From Faucicola osloensis (GTDB lineage: Bacteria > Pseudomonadota > Gammaproteobacteria > Pseudomonadales > Moraxellaceae): 24,000 nucleotides of DNA. A program made the position numbers and the translations under genes. Below the pieces are notes generated by a model. It was given only the letters and a program-made list of their open reading frames with translations, searched no databases and was not told the origin of the DNA. Below, piece after piece: positions 17,652 to 24,000 of the stretch (position 1 is its first letter; each line of letters starts with the position of its first letter). The DNA is taken from assembly GCA_020041925.1 (NCBI GenBank), contig CP083409.1; one strand, given 5' to 3'.

Positions 17652-18791
17652 TTATAAATTTAATATCTCTAACAGCCGATCATTAACCTTAGCAGAATCA
17701 AATCTCTCTTGTGCTATTTTATAACTTTCATTACCCATTTCAGTAATTTTTTTAGGATTTTCAATAAAATAGATCATTTTTTCGGCTAAAGCTTGGAAAT
17801 TCCATTTGGGAACAATAAAACCATTAACACCATCAATTACGGTTTCACGACATCCTGGCACATCAGTCGTTATGACAGCACGCCCAATTGCCATTGCTTC
17901 TTGTGTGCTTTTGGGTATGCCTTCTCTGTATGATGGCAATACAAATACATCACTCTCTACGATCCATTCAACAATATTATCTACTCTGCCTGGATGAATA
18001 ATCAAGTTTGTTTCTACTAACTTCTTAATTTCTATTTCTGTTAGGGAACCTAAATTACTCTTATCAATACCCCCTAAGACAATGAATTTTGTACTAGGAT
18101 ACCGATTTTTTACGATTTTTGCTGCCTGAACAAATTCATGGATTCCTTTTTCTTTGAGTAATCTACCAATGAATAAAAATTTCATATCTTTTTCAGGATA
18201 TCTTATTGCATATGAGAAATCTTCTAAGTTTATTCCTATACCACCTAAAATATGTTTCTTATTTACTCGTATTTTATTATTTTCTAATAAGTCTTTTGGG
18301 TCGTCATGGTTTAAAAATATAACGCCATCTGCTAACGGTAATGACAATTTAAATAATGCAACTTGAGATTGTTTAATAAATTTGGTCTTAGTACTTAGCC
18401 CTTCTGGCTGCTCAGTAAAAGTATAACCCAACCCTTCTAACATAGCAAAAATTCTGGGAACTTTTGCCATTTTTGCAGCAAGAGTACCAAAAATAGCAGG
18501 TTTAGCAAAATAACTTAAGACTAGATAAGGATTTATTTTTTTGATTTTTTGGTAGAGAATAATAGTATTTTTAATTTCATCAAGTGGATTTAGCCCTCCC
18601 CTATTAAAAATATAAGATACTGGAGTGACACCTAATGCCGAAATTTTCTCGAGTTCGCTAGGAGTATAATCAGTCGTGAAAGCATAGACTTCATAGCCTT
18701 TAGCTACCAATGTGAGAATTAAATCTTTTCTAAAATTATATACGCATTCGGCTGTTGTACCAATCAGGAGTATTCTATTATTTTGCTTCAT
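17652..18791 (-). CDS. Glycosyltransferase family 4 (GT-B), PglA-like
   Basis: The N-terminal domain pattern is ILLIGTTAECVYNFRKDLI...NRGGLNP...MLEGLGYTF. The C-terminal motif is PSYREGIPKSTQEAMAIGRAVITTDVPGCRE (EX7E type). GC content is low. Confidence 0.85.
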   Translation of the reverse strand: MKQNNRILLIGTTAECVYNFRKDLILTLVAKGYEVYAFTTDYTPSELEKISALGVTPVSYIFNRGGLNPLDEIKNTIILYQKIKKINPYLVLSYFAKPAIFGTLAAKMAKVPRIFAMLEGLGYTFTEQPEGLSTKTKFIKQSQVALFKLSLPLADGVIFLNHDDPKDLLENNKIRVNKKHILGGIGINLEDFSYAIRYPEKDMKFLFIGRLLKEKGIHEFVQAAKIVKNRYPSTKFIVLGGIDKSNLGSLTEIEIKKLVETNLIIHPGRVDNIVEWIVESDVFVLPSYREGIPKSTQEAMAIGRAVITTDVPGCRETVIDGVNGFIVPKWNFQALAEKMIYFIENPKKITEMGNESYKIAQERFDSAKVNDRLLEILNL

Positions 18792-18809
18792 AAGTTTCTC
18801 ACCATTTCT

Positions 18810-19316
18810 CTAATAAAAAGATTTCTTCAATGCTTTGCTAACTCGTATATTGATTGATGAGATTTTTTCATCAGTAAAATTAAGGGATTGTTGCATTGCT
18901 TTTTCAAAATAATCTTTTGGCTATACAGTAAATGCATAACCCAAGCCTTCTATCATAGCAATTTTTCTGGGTACTTTAGTCATTTTGGCAGCGAGTGCGC
19001 CATAAATGACTGGTTTGATAAAATAGCTAAAGACGATATCGGGCTGGACTTTCTTGATTCTTTGATAAAGACTTATCGTGTTAGATAAATCTTCATAAGG
19101 ATTAAGACCGCCTCGACTAAGCGCGTAATGGGTAGGTATCGCTCCTAATTGGGCAATTTTAGCCAGCTCTACTTTATCACTGTCTGAGGTAAAGGCATGA
19201 ACTGTACAACCTTTATCAATTAAAGATAAGATAAGGTCTTTTCTAAAGGTATAAAGACTCGATGCGATTGTGCCGATTATAATTAATTTATGCTTGATTA
19301 ACTGCATATTTATCAT
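18810..19316 (-). pseudogene. Internally deleted paralogue of the adjacent GT4 gene (N-terminal 131 codons, TAG, then about 36 C-terminal codons in the same frame)
   Basis: ORF 18921..19316 aligns residue-for-residue with the first roughly 130 aa of the 17652..18791 product (FRKDLILSL.., SRGGLNP, MIEGLGYAFT). After TAG 18921..18923 the same frame continues PKDYFEKAMQQSLNFTDEKISSINIRVSKALKKSFY to a stop at 18810..18812. That stretch resembles a GT C-terminal helix. The central catalytic region is absent. Confidence 0.72.
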
Positions 19317-20400
19317 TTAATATTTCTTTATACTCACTGATATATTTATTTACCATCACCTCTAAGCTATAATTTTGAGCTCGCTGATAGCATTTTTGGC
19401 TAATTTCTTCATAATATATTTCATCTATACCAAGTTTCAAAATATGTTCCGCTAACTTTTTATCATCACTTACATTAAATAATAAACCTGCTCCATCAAC
19501 AACTTGACTCATTCCTTCTACATTTGACGCAATTACAGGTTTCCTAGCTGCCATCGCTTCAACAATTGATAGACCAAAACCTTCATAATGAGAGCTTAAT
19601 ACATTGATATCCGAACACTTTATTACATTATAGATATCATCCCTATTACCAAGAAAAAATGCTCTATCGCTTAAGTTTAATGACTTAACTAAGTCCTCAC
19701 AACCATTTTTATCTTCACCATCGCCACACATTATTAACTTAAATTGATTAGGTAAATGTACCATTGCTTTTATGAGAGTATTATAATCTTTCTGTTTTGA
19801 AAATCTTGCCGCCATTAAAATCATAACATCATTACCCGATAAGCCAATTTTCGATCTATCTAATGGAATTGCTGATATAATTTTATCTAAGTCGACACCA
19901 TTAATAATAACTTTAATTTTATCATCATCTATGTCTAGATTGTCTAGCAGAAAATCTTTTACTTCGGGAGTAATAGCAAATGCTTTATTGAATCTTGAAT
20001 ATATAAAATTCTCCAGATATTTAAAAACAGGGTTTATTGCTCTTCTATTAAATGCATTATGTTCCGTAAAAACAATTGGTGCAGTATTCTTATTAATTAG
20101 AGAAGCTAACGCAACAATATAAGAAGTTGGAAATATATGAACATGAATCAAATCATATTTATTTAAATAATTTGAAACTTTTCTAATAAATTTAGGATGA
20201 AAGCGATTAACATTAACTCCTAAAATATTGATTTTAATATTAGCATGTCTTATCTCATCGAGAAAATGACTACAGTTACCATCAATTAATAATAATTCTA
20301 CATCAACACCTTCTTCTGATAGCTTTTTTGTCAGATTGGTGACAAAGCGTGCACCACCGCTAGTTGCAGGTAAACTATCAATTATTTGAAGAACTTTCAT
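19288..20400 (-). CDS. Glycosyltransferase family 1/4 (GT-B)
   Basis: The N-terminus MKVLQIIDSLPATSGGA is typical. The EX7E region reads SSHYEGFGLSIVEAMAARKPVIASNVEG. ATG 20400 lies one base after the upstream GT2 stop. The 16-codon extension in the ORF track (to 20448) overlaps the GT2 gene. Confidence 0.85.
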   Translation of the reverse strand: MKVLQIIDSLPATSGGARFVTNLTKKLSEEGVDVELLLIDGNCSHFLDEIRHANIKINILGVNVNRFHPKFIRKVSNYLNKYDLIHVHIFPTSYIVALASLINKNTAPIVFTEHNAFNRRAINPVFKYLENFIYSRFNKAFAITPEVKDFLLDNLDIDDDKIKVIINGVDLDKIISAIPLDRSKIGLSGNDVMILMAARFSKQKDYNTLIKAMVHLPNQFKLIMCGDGEDKNGCEDLVKSLNLSDRAFFLGNRDDIYNVIKCSDINVLSSHYEGFGLSIVEAMAARKPVIASNVEGMSQVVDGAGLLFNVSDDKKLAEHILKLGIDEIYYEEISQKCYQRAQNYSLEVMVNKYISEYKEILNDKYAVNQA

Positions 20401-20401
20401 T

Positions 20402-21229
20402 TTATATATATTCCTCACAACTAGTTTGAGTGTTAAAGTTAACTTCATTTCTTCTTAATTTTAAATAATGAGACTTCATAAAGACTTCGGATATATAATA
20501 TAAAGGTACATTTAATGCAGATTGAATCAGTACTCTAGACCAAAATTTATCCATTGGGTACTTCTTATTTAAGTATATTAAAGACGGTATTACTTTCAAA
20601 TATTTTGGATAATATAAGGTGCCAAATTCTCTATAAAATAATAAAGGCTCATTAGTTATCATAAAATCACTAAACGACTTCGTTCGATACCATAACTCAG
20701 CATCTTCAATACGTATTGCTTTTTCATCATACGGATTATCAACAAACCATTGTTTTTTTGCCATAATTGTCGGATGGATAAAATGGTTAACCTTCATCAA
20801 TCCAGACTGCTGCCTGTATCGTATTCCAAATACCAAATCATTTTCATCAATCACATAAGCATTGGTACCTAATACATTGATACTGGGGTTTTCTGTAAGT
20901 ATTTGTAATTGGGTTTCTAATCTTTTTGGATGCATAATATCATCCGCATCCATTCTGGCGATATACTCGCCATTAGATAATACTGCTAACTCATTAAGCC
21001 TGGCTCCCAAGCCTTTATTTTTACCATCAGAAAAAACTTTGATTCTATTATCCTGTTGCTCAAAACCTTTAGCCATTTTAAGCGATCCATCATTTGAACC
21101 ATCATCAAACAATAGTAACTCCCAATTGTCATAAGACTGACTAATGACAGACTCAATAGCCTTAGATAAGAACTTTTCAGCATTAAAAAAAGGAATACCA
21201 ATACTAATCAAATCTTTATCAGCTTGCAT
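20402..21229 (-). CDS. Glycosyltransferase family 2 (GT-A)
   Basis: Matches include ISIGIPFFNAEKFLSKAIESVISQSY.NWELLLFDDGSNDGS and the DAD motif (ARMDADDIMHP). It overlaps the upstream polymerase gene by 11 nt. Confidence 0.88.
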   Translation of the reverse strand: MQADKDLISIGIPFFNAEKFLSKAIESVISQSYDNWELLLFDDGSNDGSLKMAKGFEQQDNRIKVFSDGKNKGLGARLNELAVLSNGEYIARMDADDIMHPKRLETQLQILTENPSINVLGTNAYVIDENDLVFGIRYRQQSGLMKVNHFIHPTIMAKKQWFVDNPYDEKAIRIEDAELWYRTKSFSDFMITNEPLLFYREFGTLYYPKYLKVIPSLIYLNKKYPMDKFWSRVLIQSALNVPLYYISEVFMKSHYLKLRRNEVNFNTQTSCEEYI

Positions 21230-22337
21230 AAAATTTAAACCCTACGTAAATTAAAATAAGCATTAAAATGTAATGTATTTTAATTTTAGCTTTTAAATAT
21301 GGTGAATAAAATAGAGGGATAATTAAAAAAGGTATTATAACCCAGGAAAATAATCCCCATCTATCAGAAAATGGCAATTGAAAAGCCAAAAAGAAAACTG
21401 AACTTGCTAAAATATAATATATAAATATTACATCATATTGTTTTTTCAAAACTTGATTTGTTAAGTTCTTTCTAACATAAGAAGCAATAAATAGAAAAAA
21501 AGTATTAAAAGCAGCAAACTGTGGTTTAAAACCTACGACATAATCATAAGTTTCACCGTTAATGTATATATTTTTATTATTATTACCTAATGCATTGGAA
21601 AGTATAGGAGAAATATTTAATAATCCAATATCTATAAAGGCTAAATAAAGTGCAATAAAATAAATTATTATAAGAAAGTAGATTATTTTATCTTGCTTTG
21701 ACGATAAATAATACGAAATAAATATCAGAAAAACAGGAATTATAGATGTTAAATGAAAGGAGATAGCGAGAATAAGAAATATAAATACTTTATATTTATT
21801 ATCATTTTTTAGTAACAGTGTAAACGAATACAGTATTATAGATAAAGATACGCCTTGTCTGATTACATTCATACTCATACTTGAAAAAAAGAAAAAAGAC
21901 ATAAAGGAAAATTGAGCCATAAGAATATTAGCTTTATAAAACCTAGTGTAATTCTCTAAAGATTTATATATAAAAATAAAAAACAAACTAGCTATAAGTA
22001 ATAAAAAAGCAGTATAATCGAAAGCAAAAAACTGAAGAAATTTACTGATCAATGGAAATAAAAATTCATTATCAAATTTTATTTCGGGGGTGTCTTGCCA
22101 TAATAATATATAATAATTCTCAGTATCAGCACCTACACTCTGTGCTCTATAACCTGTTATTAAAATTAATAGTAAAATAATTATTATTGTAAAATATCGT
22201 GATAATCTATTTAGAGTAATCGAATTATTTCTGATTTCATAATAAATAGAATTTAAGATTACAAAATAAGCAGTAATAATATATATTATATTGAAATATA
22301 AATAGTATTCATTTAATCCTATCAAATTTTCTTTCAT
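21219..22337 (-). CDS. EpsG-family polytopic membrane protein, probable Wzy-type repeat-unit polymerase
   Basis: The product is 372 aa, extremely hydrophobic and Phe/Ile/Tyr-rich, with about 10 or more TM segments. The EpsG-like N-terminal motif is GYRAQSVGADTENYY. GC content is very low. Confidence 0.72.
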   Translation of the reverse strand: MKENLIGLNEYYLYFNIIYIITAYFVILNSIYYEIRNNSITLNRLSRYFTIIIILLLILITGYRAQSVGADTENYYILLWQDTPEIKFDNEFLFPLISKFLQFFAFDYTAFLLLIASLFFIFIYKSLENYTRFYKANILMAQFSFMSFFFFSSMSMNVIRQGVSLSIILYSFTLLLKNDNKYKVFIFLILAISFHLTSIIPVFLIFISYYLSSKQDKIIYFLIIIYFIALYLAFIDIGLLNISPILSNALGNNNKNIYINGETYDYVVGFKPQFAAFNTFFLFIASYVRKNLTNQVLKKQYDVIFIYYILASSVFFLAFQLPFSDRWGLFSWVIIPFLIIPLFYSPYLKAKIKIHYILMLILIYVGFKFYAS

Positions 22338-22490
22338 TAATATATAACCATCGAGATATTAGATTAAGCAAATACTAAATACTTACTAAAACATTTCCTA
22401 ACTATATAAGATTATAGTTTAAAAGTACGTATATTAGAGTTAGCTATAATTAACAAAGTGAAATAGTAGATCAAAGGCATTTAAATAGTT

Positions 22491-23290
22491 GGCTGTGGTA
22501 TAAAAAGAATGCTCACTATACCCAGCCATAATTGACATAGTGAAACAGTAAATCGAATGCTTTAAAATGATTTTCTAATTTCTTAGAAAAACAACACGTC
22601 TTTCGGAATACACGCCTAAGCCTTTGCCTAAAGCGATTGTTGTTGCCTTCAATATCAACCGTATGGCGTTTACCTACTTGTTTAAAGTCAACATCAAAGG
22701 CGGTTAAAAAACTATCCTAGTTATCACAGCAGATATAGCCAAAATCAATGCTCAACGCATCAAGCTTGGCTCTTAGCTCTCTAGCCGTCTTCAGATTACG
22801 TTTACCCCATACGAAGGCAACAATCTCACTGGTATCTGAGTCGTATGCATAGACTAGCCATACCTTGTTCTTCTTATGCCCTACATACGTCCAAAACTCA
22901 TCAACTTGCAGTTTGCGGTAATAGCGTCGTTTAGGTCTTATCTCGTAATTGGAATTAACTAAAACGCTTAATACTTTGTACTTGCTAACTTTCTCAATGA
23001 CAACAATGTCAGCAACACTACAGCCTTGAACTAGCATTAAGCGTATCTTGGCATCAATATCGCCTTTACAGCCTTGGTAACTTAGCTTCGTTTCATGAAT
23101 GAATTGTCGATGACAGTCTTTGCATTGATAGTTCTGTTTACCATAGATTTTCCAGCCATTTTTCTTTATACTTAAACCCAGACAGCTTGGGCATCTGATT
23201 GTAATTTGTGTCTTCATAACCTCAAATTATCATCTTTTTCTCAAGTTGTCTTTTTTATTTCTACTTCAGCATACTTTTCAGACTAGTACC
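22491..23290 (-). mobile_element. IS1-family insertion sequence (single-ORF type), about 800 bp, with imperfect terminal inverted repeats
   Basis: It encodes a transposase homologous to IS1 InsAB'. The ends GGCTGTGGTATAAAAAGAATGCTCA (22491..) and the reverse complement of 23290.. (GGTACTAGTCTGAAAAGTATGCTGA) match at about 17 of 25 positions. No flanking direct repeat was found. Confidence 0.8.
22516..23217 (-). pseudogene. IS1-family transposase gene interrupted by one in-frame TAG (22717..22719)
   Basis: The N-terminal zinc finger is CPSC..CKDC, and the catalytic core reads VDEFWTYVGHKKNKVWLVYAYD. After the TAG the same frame continues DSFLTAF...VGKRHTVDIEGNNNRFRQRLRRVFRKTCCFSKKLENHF...YGWV to a stop at 22516..22518. 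The TAG sits where IS1 has the Trp of MTDGW. Confidence 0.85.
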
Positions 23291-23602
23291 GATTTTTTAA
23301 ATCATTACGATATTGATAATGCTACAGCATCGAAATAACATTAAGCTTATTTCGTTCTTGATACGGCTTTGACATCCTTTATAGCTAGTTCTGATCCATG
23401 GACAAATTATCAATGATATTCTTTACATTGATAGTTCAATTTGCAATAGATTTTTTGCCATCTTTCTTTATAGTTAAACTTAGAAAACTTAAGCATTGGA
23501 TATTTGATAATGATTGGTATCTTCAACGCCTTAAATTATCATCATTTTCTTGCTTTTTCTTTCTTATTTCTTTGTGAGCATAATTTTCTTATCACTAAAA
23601 CA
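23291..23602 (-). mobile_element. Diverged remnant of the 5' third of a second IS1-family element, same orientation, directly abutting the first copy
   Basis: By-eye alignment finds matches such as 23421..23445 CTTTACATTGATAGTTC against 23118..23135 CTTTGCATTGATAGTTC. Similarity continues through TTAAATTATCATCATTTTCT against TCAAATTATCATCTTTTTCT. The terminal GTGAGCAT..TATCAC resembles the IR of the intact copy. Identity is roughly 70-80% and the reading frame is degraded. Confidence 0.6.
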
Positions 23603-23687
23603 CATTAATAAATAACTTAGGGTAGTAAAATTTTAACAAATAAACAAAGATTTTTCATAAAAATTAATATTTTATATCAAGTATTGA

Positions 23688-24000
23688 TTAAGTGTCAATA
23701 GTTTGCATTAATCTATCTATATAGATATCATCATTATAAAATTTTTCGAAAATTTTTTCACATTTTTCTAAAAACTCATCCATATCGATTTTAATATTAT
23801 GGTGCTCAAGAATTTTATTAGCAATTATTTTGTTTGTATTGTCAGGATTTATCTTAATAGCAAAGTCACCTAGATTTATATTCGCCTCAAAAGCATCTAT
23901 TACATTGGTATATATTGGTATTAATCCTGCAGCTAAATAAGAATTCATTTTTGTTGGTGTAGAAACATTATTAACGACATGATTTTCTCTAATTAGAAAA
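23688..24000 (-). CDS. 3' part of a gene continuing beyond the window, probably a GT-B glycosyltransferase C-terminal domain
   Basis: The frame is open from 23999 down to the stop at 23688 (..FLIRENHVVNNVSTPTKMNSYLAAGLIPIYTNV..). The motif TPTKMNSYLAAGLIPI resembles the P-x-K-x-x-E-Y-L-A-x-G-x-P-V segment of GT-B enzymes. GC content is very low and the orientation matches the cluster. Confidence 0.4.
   Translation of the reverse strand, partial: FLIRENHVVNNVSTPTKMNSYLAAGLIPIYTNVIDAFEANINLGDFAIKINPDNTNKIIANKILEHHNIKIDMDEFLEKCEKIFEKFYNDDIYIDRLMQTIDT

Noticed and set aside
18536-18550. Homopolymer tracts in the polysaccharide genes, considered as possible phase-variation switches: T7 and T6 here, T7 at 20753..20759 and A7 at 21185..21191.
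   Set aside because: Runs of 6-7 nt are expected by chance in DNA this AT-rich and are shorter than typical slipped-strand contingency tracts. No tetranucleotide or pentanucleotide repeats were seen.
19288-20448. The 16-codon N-terminal extension (MKLTLTLKLVVRNIYK) of the GT1/4 ORF.
   Set aside because: The extension overlaps the 3' end of the GT2 gene. The canonical GT N-terminus MKVLQIID starts at 20400, one base after the GT2 stop, so the shorter start was preferred.
22470-23310. Target-site duplication flanking the IS1 copy.
   Set aside because: I could not find matching 8-9-bp direct repeats immediately outside the proposed IRs. This fits insertion into or recombination with the neighbouring older copy, or slightly misplaced IR ends.
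1-24000. A scan for CRISPR arrays, tRNA/rRNA genes, retron or DGR-like repeats, toxin-antitoxin pairs and known defence-gene motifs.
   Set aside because: No regularly spaced direct repeats, cloverleaf-like candidates or recognisable defence or TA proteins were seen. Apart from the items reported, intergenic regions are short and unremarkable.

Overview
This looks like a chromosomal segment from a Moraxellaceae-like gammaproteobacterium. That guess rests on the protein sequences and gene order and cannot be verified here.

- **1 to 10.7 kb:** a conserved plus-strand housekeeping block, rlmN (3' part)-pilW/pilF-rodZ-ispG-hisS-yfgM-bamB-der, followed by an orphan membrane sensor histidine kinase with a degenerate receiver-like tail.
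- **10.7 to 16 kb:** a PBP5/6-type D-Ala-D-Ala carboxypeptidase, then an apparently intact IS200/IS605 element (about 12050..13709) with divergent tnpA (Y1/HUH) and tnpB. After it come a small secreted hypothetical protein, trmO/tsaA and fpr.
- **16 to 24 kb:** wzi, then an abrupt switch to very AT-rich DNA (roughly 20-32% GC by eye, against about mid-40s elsewhere). This DNA carries a minus-strand Wzy-type polysaccharide cluster: a PglA-like GT4, an internally deleted GT4 paralogue, a GT1/4, a GT2 and an EpsG/Wzy-like polymerase. An IS1-family copy with an in-frame amber codon interrupts the cluster and directly abuts an older diverged IS1 fragment. A partial GT-B gene runs off the right edge.

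The most interesting item is the TnpB. It has Gly at the canonical RuvC-II Glu position and a candidate relocated Glu. Its 3' end and stop codon lie inside the transposon right-end hairpin, and its predicted omegaRNA guide lies just upstream of the candidate carboxypeptidase promoter.

No CRISPR array, tRNA or rRNA was seen.
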